This document shows, piece after piece, positions 11,561 through 23,659 of a stretch of 34,782 bases of DNA. Source of the stretch: Octopus bimaculoides (Eukaryota). The notes below the pieces were generated by a model. That model saw only the letters and a program-made list of their open reading frames with translations, ran no database searches and was not told the DNA's origin. A program made the position numbers and the translations under genes. How positions within the stretch are numbered: position 1 is the stretch's first letter; each line of letters opens with the position of its first letter. Where the stretch lies: contig NC_068981.1 of assembly GCF_001194135.2 (NCBI RefSeq), positions 155,113,661-155,148,442 on the forward strand. Direction: 5' to 3'.

Positions 11561-12586
11561 AGTAAATAGTTTGACATTTTAACATGCTGTGCTATGTTTT
11601 TCTATTTCTCAATATTTGAACTATTAGTACCTACAGTCTCAAAAACAGCTTCTGTTTAATTTAATCCTTCTGATACTCGGCAATACAATTAATGCTGTTT
11701 CTTGCATTTTTTATTTTGTTTCTTCCTGTCTTCTGTCTCAGTTTCATTTTCAGTAGTGGCAACATTCACTTCATGATCAAATTTTCAAAAATCACATACA
11801 CACAAGAACTGTTCAAATATCCATTTTCCATGCTAGTAATTGTTGCTGATGATTTTGTGAAACCAATATATATATATAGAATAGTTACATTTTTTTTTTT
11901 TTTTAAGTTGCACATGTAATACAGCAATTAAATTGTATGGGGAAGGAAGGAGAGGGTGAAAATATAAAACTTTTGTAATTCAGATAAAATAAAAGAAAAA
12001 TACTTCAAAACAAAATACAATTTTTTCAACGCAAAAACAAAAAAGTTTTAAAGGAAAAACTATTTTAAAAATTATCATTAACTTATTTTTTTTTCACAGA
12101 CTTGGTTTTATGACAAAGCTGCAGAATTCTCTTTCTGATTCTACACTTGTCAGCTTTTGCAAGAAGATTCTGCTTGAAAAATAATTTTAGAATTTCAACT
12201 GTGAGGACAAAATGATAAAAAAAAGTGTGTGTATGAGTGTGTGGTGAAGATGAATATTTATGGGGAGAGCAGTACACCAAACCTGCACAGGTCTTTACCA
12301 TCCTAAAAACGAATGTCCTATGAAACTCAGTTTATGAAACTGAAATAAGTCAACCATGTTTTGAAATGCAATACTCACACTGTATGTATGTATGTATGTG
12401 TAGATAGATAGACAGATATACTTAAGTGCATGCATCCACTTACACACGTGTGCCTACTTAGCGCAGCAGCAGTTATAATGAATGATGATTAATTTTAAAA
12501 TATAAAGAAGGATAATGAACATGTACCAAAGCCTATGTACATATAAATAGGTATTTTTTAATTGTTTTGCAGATATAAAAGTAGTT

Positions 12587-14560
12587 TCAACAATGGAAAA
12601 TTTCAGTGTAAACAATATTAGTGACATTATTGACATTGTCATGATATACCTACAGCACCCTGTGTAGTTGCTGACAGAGCAATATAGAACTGTCTTTATG
12701 CAAACAGATCTATTAAGAACAGTAGTTTTATTCCAGAATTTACTGACTTACAGTGCAAAAATCATCTTCAACTGGAAAATGTTACTGGCTGAGGGTCAAT
12801 GGCAGAGAGTTATCAGGTTTTAGTTCAAGTCTTGGTACTATTACATTTTCAGTTCTCTACCAATGTGCAATGTGGCCTTTAATTATGCATTCATATAAGT
12901 GGATTATTTTAATTTTTGTTCCATTGCAAAATCCATTTGGACTCTTTCAAGTTTGCAGAAACCTTATAAAATATCCTGTTTTTAAGTATGAAAGGAGGGG
13001 ATTCTAAGGCCACAGCTGTTTACAGAATCCTTTGTACAGACTGTATTCAACACAGAAGCTTCTGTAAGTGCATGTCTCTCCAAATAAGCTTGTTTTATTT
13101 CCTCATTTATAAAATCAACAACAGTATTTGTATGGGATAGTATGAGCTACCAAAACTAGGATTTATCTTTTCACATGCATTCAATATAACCTCAACATCA
13201 TCTGGAAACTATCTTCACAACAGAATCTACTTGTTCCCTCTCTTTCACAATGAGAAGCAAAAGATCAGCTATTTTTGGTACTCAAGAGTCAGTAGTTACA
13301 TCATCATCATTTAATGTTCGCCTTCTATACTGGCATGGGTTGGATGGTTTGACAGGAGCTGGCCAGGCAGGAGCCTGCACCAGACTTCTGTGTCTGTTTG
13401 GCAGGGTTTTTACAGCTGGATGCCCAAATCATTTTGAAAATTAAAAAAAATAAATAAAGGCTCATAACTACATATACAATATAGCAGCTCTGCAAACTTT
13501 AAAACAGAAAGCTTTTGTTGCTTGCCACCAAGAGGAAAAATCATTTTGCAAAAAGTAATGAAATTTGATAGACAGCTCCTACCTCAATATTTAAAATGAT
13601 TCATTCAAACAGATGAATCCACAGATTCAAATTATTTTTTGCCAGTTTGCTGCAAACAAAAGACTCTTGTCAAAAAAAAAGGAGGGGGGGGGGGGATTAT
13701 CTGAAAAACCATTTACTTTTAAAAAGAGTACTGCAAGTACTCTTGGTGATACTACAGTATGGTTTAGTATACTTGATACAAGTTAGAGACAGTGTTTGTA
13801 ATAAGGACAACACAAATTAATACTTCAAAATGGTTTTCAACCAGAAACTCTGCAGAAACATATTGGAATATTTTGCTATGTCAAATTTACCTTATTCTGA
13901 AATGATCAGCATTTGTATATGTGAAAGTCTTCACTTCTGGAGTTCAATAGTGTAAACTAAGCCTTCCACTTTTCTAAGTACATTCTCTTCTTGCTTTTTA
14001 ACAACTTCTATTTCAAACTGAATACTCGGAAAACAAATTTGGTTAGTCCTATGGTTTTTGTTGTACTTCAAGCTCTGCAACAACTACATAACCATTAGGA
14101 TTACATGTAAATGCAAGGAACCAATTGGGTTTCAGTAGCAATGAAAAATGCTCACTGGGTCCTTTCAAGGACATTTTGTACAACCTAGAACCCCAGTGAA
14201 GGAAGTCGGAAGCACAAAATCTCTCATATATGAACTATCACTCTGCATTTGGTGCATCAAGTCTAAATAATTGTACACTTCGTTCCTATTGATCCTTTTG
14301 AATCCAGTGGAGTCACGTCCATCAACAACATCCTTCTAATTGAAACATTGTTCTGTATGCATAATACTCTATCTGGGTAAATTTTTGTACAATCACACAC
14401 TTCTCTTCGGAACAAACAAAGTGTAATGGAACATAGATGTGATTCAGTTGATCATGCTTGAGTAAAACAGTTTCACGATCACAATTTCCTCCTGTTCTAG
14501 GTAGGTTAGCTGGATGTGCAATATCAGTGTACATGCAAATGTGGGCCACATTATGAATCA
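12587..14560 (-). pseudogene. Helitron Rep-helicase fossil (Rep/HUH and PIF1 helicase segments) with large deletions
   Basis: Rep segment: YYAYR (ORF 14322-14549), VLPTSFTG (~14215-14192), WFLAFTCNPN (~14125-14092), VFSLK, GLVYTIELQK*RLSHIQMLII (~13960-13901). PIF1 segment: PLGGK (~13540), ILSHTNTVVDFINEEI, PNGFCNGTKIKI (~12941-12910), VIVPRLELKP..LPLTLSQ*HFPV (~12845-12765), and terminal TNIVYTEIFHC* ending about 12587. Confidence 0.85.
13298..13435 (-). mobile_element. Degenerate retroelement 3'-tail fragment inserted in the Helitron fossil
   Basis: CATCATCATTTAATGTTCGCCTTCTATACTGGCATGGGTTGGATG...TTTACAGCTGGATGCCC is a degenerate reverse complement of 50-195. Confidence 0.65.
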
Positions 14561-14599
14561 GATATAATGTGCAAGAGAAGACTTCAATGGTGTAGGCTT

Positions 14600-14820
14600 G
14601 TAATGTTTATGGATGAGGGCAGTTTTTGGAAAAATAGTGTCAACTACTAACAAAACGATGGAATCCATGGAAGATGATAATTCAGAAAGACATGGGATAA
14701 AATAGTGAAGGCTGATCTCAGGATGTTGAGCTTTACAGGAGATGCCAAAGGACCCAGCTGATTGGTGATATGCAGTATTCAAGAATATCTGCACAGATAA
14801 GGAAGCATGGCAAAATTAAT
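14600..14820 (+). pseudogene. RTE-clade LINE ORF C-terminal fragment
   Basis: RKTWDKIVKADLRMLSFT and DW*YAVFKN match the C-terminus seen at 26192-26280 (ADLSTLTLTEMAKD*DDWQYAVLGKT). Confidence 0.6.
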
Positions 14821-14949
14821 GCTCTGAAGCTCAATGTATATGCACCAACTAGATTTTTCATTCATTATGTCCCTGTCAAGTTTCCGTCACCTTCTATGAC
14901 TCTTCTGCCTAAGACCGTATTATTTTGCTGCTGTAACTAATGAATGCGG

Positions 14950-15650
14950 AAACCAAGCCCCACTTCCAGTACCACTGGTTCTTACCCCGCCCTCTCTCTA
15001 CAGAACCACCTCCTTTTGATATCAACTCACAATTGTACCATTGACACCCCAACTAATTTACCAATCACAACTCCAACCCTTATATACATCTGACACTCTC
15101 TATCCCTGTTTCTAGTCATCTCTCACTATACCTCATACCTTCATCACTTTCATATCAACTGTATTTTCTGTCACTGTAACTAATAAAGCAGAACCTGTTA
15201 CTCCAACCTTTCTGTACTGCCCAACATTCTTTCCTATCACCTAAGTCACTTCCTTATAGCCACTTCTCATTCGTATCTCCTTCCCAGTTCATATTTACCA
15301 TTGACTACCCCCTACACTTGTTCACAATTTTCTACATTCACCCCTCTATACATCTAACCACTTTTACACCTATCTCAATCCATCTCTCACTCTCTACTCA
15401 ACACTATTTATCTTTCCTGATTCTTTTATCTCCACTTTTTAATCTATACCGCATCACTCGTGGATGTCAACTTTAACTCCAGAGCAAAATGACATTGCAA
15501 TATGTCAGCTCTGAGACATTACCCTGAGGATACACTTTGGCACCTCACCACAACGATCTTTATCTCTTTCTGGTATCATTTAATCTACCTTCACTTACCC
15601 ATATGAATTTCAACAATAAACCTGATTCTCCTGTCTCTCTCTCTTCCAGT
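14950..15650 (+). repeat. G-poor (C/T/A-rich) dispersed repeat, copy B
   Basis: Strong strand asymmetry. The motif ACCCTGAGGATACACTTTGGCACCTCACCA (15521-15550) aligns without gaps to 24021-24050. Confidence 0.5.
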
Positions 15651-15869
15651 TCTGTAGTTGGCAAAGTTGTAAGGCAATCTTACTAGTACTGGTCCCATGA
15701 AAATAAGCACTGTGAAGTAACTACAGTGGGGAAGGGTATCCAGCCATAAAAAAGTTAGGCCAAAATTTTCTCATCCACTTAATTCTGTTGAACTATACAA
15801 CCCATGCAAGCATGAAAGCAGATGTGATATGAGGATATATATACAGATGCATTTCATATATGTCTGTAA

Positions 15870-15875
15870 GTGTAT

Positions 15876-15922
<47 letters not shown>
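15870..15922. repeat. (TA)n(CA)n microsatellite flanked by two oppositely oriented degenerate retroelement tails (~15720-15830 +, ~15965-16050 -)
   Basis: GAAGGGTATCCAGCCATAAAA...CCCATGCAAGCATGAAAGCAGATGT on plus; TTTCATGCTTGCATGGATT...CCCTTCCTCTTGCCA on minus. Confidence 0.5.
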
Positions 15923-16399
15923 TGCGGATAAAAATATTAAACAGGTTTTATGTATATATCAACATCTACTTTTTCATGCTTGCATGGATTGAATGGAGTT
16001 TACTGAGGCAGATTTTCTATCGTCAGATACCCTTCCTCTTGCCATTAGGAAATATCTTGCTTGGACACAGGCAAAAGTTGGAACAGAAAATCTGCCGTGT
16101 ATATATATATATATCCATACACACAAACACAGATACATATGTAATGTTTTCCAATTTGATTTTTACGCCACTTTCTCATTGCAAACAAATTTGCAGCATA
16201 ACATTCCTAGCATGTGACCGTAGATGAACATTTTGCTCTGATAATGCTTTAAATTTTCCTGATAAAAATCAGATAATTTGGCTAAGATTCATACCAGCTG
16301 CAAGCTTCATCTTTGTGCCTCCACTCAAAATGCATTTTCAACCCAGCAGTAGATAAGTACACCTTTGGATATGAAAGGCTTTGCTGTCATTACTGGAAT

Positions 16400-18320
16400 T
16401 ATAAGCAATGACTATTGCTCTTCCAATAAGTAACTTTTGTGGGTGACAAATCCAGTAATTCAAAGTGTAGTGATCTACAGACAAAGCAAACAAGACAATG
16501 TTTGGATATTCTACTATGCAGTAATTCATCATTCTGTAGTTTTCCTGCATTACCTTTCATCATTTGATGAGCACTGCTCCTCATTATAGACCATTATCTT
16601 CCTTTGATCATAATGTGTTCCCAATAAACAGTGCTGATGTTGAAGGCCTGTAAGTTCTTGTAATATGAAATATTTTGTTTTGTGCTAAGGACATTTGCCG
16701 AAAATCCTCCATAAAGTACTTGCTTTGGAAACTTGAAATCATCAAGATGCATGGCATGACTTATTCATTGCATAAAAATATTTGAGGAGGTAAGCTTTCA
16801 TACTGAAACAATCCACTTTTACTAGCACTTGTGTGTCAAGTGTAAAGATTTCCAACTCATGTTTAATATTTGCTTTACACACTCCTAGTAAAATGCCTTG
16901 AATATTTAGATGTGTTGTCAGTATGGATCAATGTCTCAGACAAATATGGCAGAGATAGAATTACATGTGTACTAAAGATGCTTGGTGGACAATTTCAAGT
17001 CCCTGTTTGGCAATAAATGATGCTACTACATATCCACCTTAACAAACACAGCTGGTGTACTGTCAGTTCCTGGTGTTTTTCTTGAATAGATCTCTTTAAC
17101 CTTAAGCATTCAGTATGACATGAATCTGTCCAACAGAGCACATATCTGTCAGTTCTATAATGCCAGAATCTATCTGAAAATATTCTTGTTTATATATACT
17201 TTTCAAAGAAAGTAATGAACTCTCTAATCTAAGGAAGAAAATCGTAATCTCTTCCTCTATCATTTACTCATATTCTGTAATGTTTGCTATTAAAATTAAG
17301 GCTTGTGTTGCTTAACTTTTGCAATTTATTTACTTAAAACCTTCATGCACATTTAGGTACAATGTTTATGAAAGGAGTAAACTCAGAAAGATTATGTTTG
17401 TATGTCCATATCTGTTACTAATTGCATTTAATATATTACTAACATCTCTTTCCATCATTTTTTTTTAACCCTGAGTGCATCCGATTTTTAGTTGCCAATT
17501 TTCATAAGCTAACCAGAAATAAATACATATAAGGAAAACCATTTTTAGATTTTTCAATCAGTACAGGACTGAGTATTTGACTGAACATTTTCAACAGGAT
17601 GTTTAAGTGTTAATTTTAACTTTGGCTATATTACTATTATTATTCACTTCCTCAATAACAGGATGCTGCAGTAGGTCATCAATAACTTTCCAATTTATTG
17701 TGGATGAATTGTGAAAAAGATCTGTGAAATGTTCTGTCAATGTCTACAGAATATCTTTAGTATCACTGATGAAAGTAGATCCATCTTTGGAATAGAGAGG
17801 AGCAGTAGTAGATTGGTGGGGACCAAACACCCATTTTACATTGTTCTGGAGATTTTTTGTCAAAAGCCAGTAAAATATTAATTGGATATATAACTCTTCA
17901 ATAATTTCTCTGCATTCAAATGTTACTTTCAAGGTAAATTAGGTTTGTACAATTTCTGGTGTGATTCATGCTTGATGTCTAAGAGTTCCAACATTTCTGA
18001 GTTGTTTGCATTAAACCAACCTTTGTGTTTGCATGTTCTGAATGCCAAGATATTGGCAACAAGGGAATAATTTCCTAAAACTTTGCAAAGATATTATGTT
18101 GGGTCACAAAGTTTGTCAGTATTTAGTCATTTACAACCTTCATGTTATTTGTAAAATTTTCCCTAACAAGCTTCAAATTTACTTACACTAAGTAGTATCC
18201 AGTCATTGTGTAGCTGCATGCAAAACTTTAAGGCTGTACACAACAAATGTCACATTTACATATGACAAAATCAATAAGACAATACTGTCCAAGAGTGGAT
18301 CCAAAGACCCAACTCTGAAC
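16400..18320 (-). pseudogene. RTE/BovB-like LINE ORF fossil with the RT core largely deleted
   Basis: Minus frames: WIH..LIDFVI (endonuclease end, ~18300-18260); KHKGWFNANNSEMLELL (~18032-17981); VFGPHQSTTAPLYSKDGSTFISDTKDIL*..TEHF (ORF 17744-17932); KTPGTDSTPA (~17085-17050); HLDDFKFPKQVLYG (~16750-16705); terminal CFVC..TGFVTHKS (~16495-16430). Confidence 0.85.
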
Positions 18321-18599
18321 ATACCTGTTGTGGAAAATTCCTACTATCAATTTCAGCAAAATCTCTATATTTCACCTACTTATGCATGTGTGCACACACA
18401 CACATCTACAAATGTGTGCGTTTGAGTCAGAGCACTGTGTCATGCTCCAATGTGTACTTTGGTATGGCTTCTATGGTTAAATTGCCCTTCCTAATATAAA
18501 CCACTTTACAGAGCATACTGAATGTCTATTATGTGACTCCAGGACTAATAATAGCATCATGCAACTCACAAAACAAAAATTCCTTTCAACAAAGAACAG

Positions 18600-18960
18600 G
18601 TTTCTAGCAATGAAGGGTCAACATGGCTACTATAGAAGAGTTAGGAAGAGCAATCAGGGTAGCACTGAAAACAGACATAAGACAGTGGAAATGAGGTGTC
18701 ATGATGGACCCTCAACATACAAAATGAATAGAAGTGGGGAGTGAACATGAAGTTCAGGTGCGTAGAGGTAGCAAGAGTGTATGAGTGAATGAGAGAGAAA
18801 TGGAGAATGAGTGGGAGGATGAATATAACAAAGAACAAGGGTTCAAGGATGATTAATATATACCAGAAGGAAAATGAGAAAGAGTAGATAACAGTAGAGA
18901 ATGGGTAGGATTGAGGCATGGATGCAGGGAATGATAGACAAGAGTGAAGGGACAGATTGA
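18600..18960 (-). repeat. G-poor dispersed repeat, copy C (purine-rich on plus)
   Basis: The minus-strand motif TTGAGGGTCCATCATGACACCTCATT (18716-18690) resembles the copy B and D motif. Confidence 0.45.
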
Positions 18961-19374
18961 TCTGCTCACAGATGATGCATGTATAGACTTGTGTGTACAT
19001 TTATGTGTAAATATGTATTCGAAAATGTAAGTGTATACACACACGGAGATGCATGTATATGCATAAATTTTATTTTATTGGCCGCGAGCCAGGACCTGCA
19101 GTCATGCTGGAGCACTGTTGTTAGCATTAAAGCTTGCTTTAGATTTATTGGAAATGATACTGGTAAAGTAGTGAGTTGGACAAAGCTGCCCATCTAATAT
19201 ATTCTTTGAACACATCCACTTCTCATACAGCTCTGAAATCTTTTGGTGAGGTATTGAAAAGTTGTGGCGTTTGAATCCTAAGCTTTGGGTCCTTACTTTG
19301 GACAGAGACAACTAGGTCTTTTGTAGAAGGCAGTGGCATCCAGTTCAGTGATTGGTATAGCTTTCTATCCTTAA

Positions 19375-21029
19375 CCCTTTCGTTACCAAACCGCCCAAAG
19401 CCGCCCGAAAAAAATTTTGGTTCATGTGACCAAGCCGCCCGAAAAAAATTTTGGTTCATGTGACCAAGCCGCCCGTAATCACCTATACATATTTAAATGA
19501 GAATATCTGAGCAAATCTCGTTAGTACATTCGTGAAAACACGTGATTATTTGTGTAAACAGTTCAGCTATAGTTTTGTACGACGATCAACGTGTTTTTTT
19601 AATTTTGTGAATTTTGGGAGATTTTTTTCCAAATTTGTTCCTGTTGTGTTTTCAAAATTTGTAATCCTGACAAAAAAATGGATACGAATTTTATTGTCAA
19701 GCAGCTAGTCAGAATNNNNNNNNNNNNNNNNNNNNNNNNNNNNNNNNNNNNNNNNNNNNNNNNNNNNNNNNNNNNNNNNNNNNNNNNNNNNNNNNNNNNN
19801 NNNNNNNNNNNNNNNNNNNNNNNNNNNNNNNNNNNNNNNNNNNNNNNNNNNNNNNNNNNNNNNNNNNNNNNNNNNNNNNNNNNNNNNNNNNNNNNNNNNN
19901 NNNNNNNNNNNNNNNNNNNNNNNNNNNNNNNNNNNNNNNNNNNNNNNNNNNNNNNNNNNNNNNNNNNNNNNNNNNNNNNNNNNNNNNNNNNNNNNNNNNN
20001 NNNNNNNNNNNNNNNNNNNNNNNNNNNNNNNNNNNNNNNNNNNNNNNNNNNNNNNNNNNNNNNNNNNNNNNNNNNNNNNNNNNNNNNNNNNNNNNNNNNN
20101 NNNNNNNNNNNNNNNNNNNNNNNNNNNNNNNNNNNNNNNNNNNNNNNNNNNNNNNNNNNNNNNNNNNNNNNNNNNNNNNNNNNNNNNNNNNNNNNNNNNN
20201 NNNNNNNNNNNNNNNNNNNNNNNNNNNNNNNNNNNNNNNNNNNNNNNNNNNNNNNNNNNNNNNNNNNNNNNNNNNNNNNNNNNNNNNNNNNNNNNNNNNN
20301 NNNNNNNNNNNNNNNNNNNNNNNNNNNNNNNNNNNNNNNNNNNNNNNNNNNNNNNNNNNNNNNNNNNNNNNNNNNNNNNNNNNNNNNNNNNNNNNNNNNN
20401 NNNNNNNNNNNNNNNNNNNNNNNNNNNNNNNNNNNNNNNNNNNNNNNNNNNNNNNNNNNNNNNNNNNNNNNNNNNNNNNNNNNNNNNNNNNNNNNNNNNN
20501 NNNNNNNNNNNNNNNNNNNNNNNNNNNNNNNNNNNNNNNNNNNNNNNNNNNNNNNNNNNNNNNNNNNNNNNNNNNNNNNNNNNNNNNNNNNNNNNNNNNN
20601 NNNNNNNNNNNNNNNNNNNNNNNNNNNNNNNNNNNNNNNNNNNNNNNNNNNNNNNNNNNNNNNNNGAGACAGTAATAAATCCAGTAATGTGCACAACTCT
20701 TCTATAATAATATTTTGTTGTATACCCAATTGAATATTAGCTAATAACCCATTTTCTATAGCGATGTTTGAACAAAAATTTAAATAATTTTATATTTTGT
20801 TGAATTTACCTGTATTTACCTGTAATTAAAGTCACTTTGTAACAAAAATTTTGGTATAGAATTGGTTGAGAACCTTTCGTTAATTTATCTTCCAAAAATC
20901 ACATTAATATGTTGATAAATAAAAAAGTTAGAGTTGTTTAACGAAACCAGCCTAAATTTATGATTATGTTAGAAATTAATTGAAACACATAAGGGGTGTA
21001 ATTTGGTTAGAAATATGGTAACGAAAGGG
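19375..21029. mobile_element. piggyBac-like element (probably non-autonomous) spanning a 950-N gap, inserted in the CR1 fossil
   Basis: TTAA at 19371-19374 and 21030-21033; 14-bp perfect TIRs CCCTTTCGTTACCA / TGGTAACGAAAGGG. The CR1 reading frame rejoins across a single TTAA. Confidence 0.88.
19400..19474 (+). repeat. Perfect 34-bp tandem repeat (two copies plus a GCCGCCC partial) next to the left TIR
   Basis: GCCGCCCGAAAAAAATTTTGGTTCATGTGACCAA at 19400-19433 and 19434-19467. Confidence 0.9.
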
Positions 21030-23594
21030 TTAAGACAGTTATTAAACCTTCTAGGAACTTACACATAATCACAGCATATCTTTCCCATCTTATGTCTTTC
21101 CTCTCTAAGGAGTAGAACCTCAATTCTTTAAGCCTCTCTCAGTAGCTCCTCTGTTGCATCAAGGCAATCTTGGTGTAGTGGCATTGGATTGCCTCAAGTT
21201 CTGCTGTTAGTCACCAGGATTACTACTTCTGATTATGATCACCACAAACTGAGAACAAATGTTCTCCACATGAGCAACAGTTTCCTTTTTCCATGTTCTG
21301 ACTATGAATGATGTCAAAATTTAAGAAATAATGTGCACATGAAATTATGCATCGCAACTCATGTGGACACCTAAGTTATGCACTGGCTGACTCCAGGATT
21401 GTAACAGCTCCTGTCCAGTGTATTCTGACAGCAATCTGTTTGAGTCAATAGCAGTGTGCTTGAAATTTGTCAGCATTGAACTGCAGGATTTCTTCAGCTC
21501 ACTTGTATATTGTGTTCAGGTCTTTCTGTAGTTTTAAGTTAACATTAAGGTCCTCGACTGCTTGTGATACTTTTGTATCATCAGCATAGCAGATGAGAGT
21601 GGTTGACTTTATGACAGAAGGTGCATGTCTGAGAGAACCCCAACAAACAGTAGTGGCCCCAGTACAGTTCTTTGAGGGATCATCATTAGCTGCAACTGTC
21701 TGACTTCTATCTTTTGAAATCATGCAGTCACTTCCCTAGTTTTTGAATGATACCAGTCACACAGCTTGTGACATACTTTCTCATTCTTTTACTCCTTTAC
21801 TAGTTTCAGCTTGAGAAATGCAGCCATGCTGATGTGACTTTTGTTGAAGGCTTTGGTAAATTTGAGGTGTATCAGATCCACAGTTGATCTGCTGTTACAG
21901 TATCCAGTCATAATGCTCCTTCATGGACGGAATCCATGCTGTGTGTTAGTGAGAAAGCAATTTTCTTCTATGGACGTGATCACTTTGCTCACAAGTGAAG
22001 TCCGAGTGGCAGGCCCGTACTTCTTACCAGCTGCTCTTCTTCCATTGTGGTTAAGAAATATAATACAGGTGCGAGGAAATACTGGAAAAATACCAGCAGA
22101 GCTTTCTTATTGTTCTTTAAAAGAATAATTGGAAAGCCACCTGGGTACATGCTAAGTTTGTGTTCAACCCTCAATATTTGATATTATGTCTGTCTTTTTA
22201 CATCAATATAATTTATGGTCACATTCCACCCCCCGTCCAGTGTAGATCTTCAGTGTTNNNNNNNNNNACCCCCCCGTCCAGTGTAGATCTTCAGTGTTGA
22301 AGAACTCATGAGGCTTGTTTATTTGAAGGCATCCCATTGAGGACATGAAAACATTTTACAATTGTTTATTATTTCGCTTTTCTGTATGCTGTCTGTTATT
22401 GAGTTGGTTTCTTCAATCGGTGGCCCTGTTTTGTAGCACACCAAAGTATTTCTTTTGTAAATTTAAAGAGCTTAGGATTCATTTTTATATTTTCAACTAC
22501 CTGGTTTCTCTAACTTCGCTTTCTTTTACATAGTAGAGTTTGAGTTCATTTTCTTTCTAAAAGTACTTTTTTGAGGTGGGACTTCTCACTGTAATCAAAT
22601 TGTTCATTTAAGTGATTTGGGACCTTTATCTTTCATTTCATGGAGTCCCACCTGTCTTGGGAAATGCTTTTGCATGGCTCTTTTCTCTGGACAGATTTAA
22701 TGCATATGACTTGCATTATTGACATAAATTCTGAGATTCATGTTAATGCCTTGCTTAGAGAGTCTTAGGCCAATTTTGTTTCAGGATCTCTTTTTTGAAT
22801 AGATTTCCAGTACAGTTTGGGTGCTTCTTGTGTAGTACACATCTTTAAATAATTTTGGAGCATAAATTGCTAGTTCTATTATTTGTGGTCTGAGAAAATT
22901 GTTGGCAACACCATAACTTCACACTGAAGATAAATTCTATATTATTGGGGAAACCAAGATCTAGGAGGTTGTTTCTGGTTGGGAACAGTATATTTTGTGC
23001 CAAGTTATTTTTTTCAAAATCAAGTAATGAATTTGCAAGATTCTTTTCTTTGCATGTCAGGCCATTTGATATTGAGAAGTTGGAGTTACACGTCAGAAGT
23101 ACCTTAGAAATTTGATTTAGTTTCATTATTACTTCTTTTATAATCTTAAGGCTTTCTGCAAACTTTCCATTAGGATTTGAGGAATCAGGCAAATGACAGT
23201 GTGCTAATTACCACATAAATTTGCTTTATATGCACCATGAGTATGTTACAGACTGAATTTCAGTGTGAAATAGGGTTAAATGTGTGATATCTTGCCCAAT
23301 GTACATGGCCACTCCCCTATGACTTTTCTTTTCTGCCACTACAAAACAACATACTTAGATATATATGTATATCTGCATATGTCAGCAGATAGATGTGTTC
23401 TTTTACATACTACGCACATTTCTTGACTACAGGCAGGTGTGTGTTTGTAGAAACTATTACAAACCAATCATTGAGAATTCTGAATACATTTAACACATAT
23501 ATTGCAAGTAGTACAACAATTTGTAACATAAGCAGAAGACCCATCAGTCAATTACAAATGTGCATGTGTGTACATATGTACAAATGTTTATGTG

Positions 23595-23595
<1 letters not shown>

Positions 23596-23628
<33 letters not shown>
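23596..23628. repeat. (TG)n microsatellite
   Basis: Seen directly. Confidence 0.9.
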
Positions 23629-23629
<1 letters not shown>

Positions 23630-23659
23630 GCTACCCAGAACCATTTCCCTTGTTAGCCA

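Larger units (their letters stand above)
19090..23192 (-). pseudogene. CR1/L2-group LINE ORF2 fossil (APE endonuclease, RT, C-terminus and 3' tail), interrupted at 19375-21029
   Basis: Endonuclease remnant LLDFEKNNLAQNILFPTRNNLLDLGFPNN (ORF 22845-23192). RT motifs TQHGFRP, VDLIHLKFTKAFNK, PQRTVLGPLLF and YADDTKV (~21591-21565). C-terminus LEGLITVL|RIESYTN..GCHC and PQLFNTSPKDFRA. Tail GTGCTCCAGCATGACTGCAG at 19115-19096. Confidence 0.9.

Noticed and set aside
12300-12587. Search for the Helitron 3' hairpin plus CTRR terminus
   Set aside because: No convincing palindrome with CTAG at the expected spacing was found, so the element boundary is not called.
19599-20733. Three long ORFs (329-376 aa) in the supplied track
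   Set aside because: They consist almost entirely of X from the 950-N gap, so they are not evidence of coding.
22228-22298. 30-bp direct repeat flanking a 10-N gap
   Set aside because: A duplicated contig overlap on either side of a placeholder gap; a typical assembly artefact.
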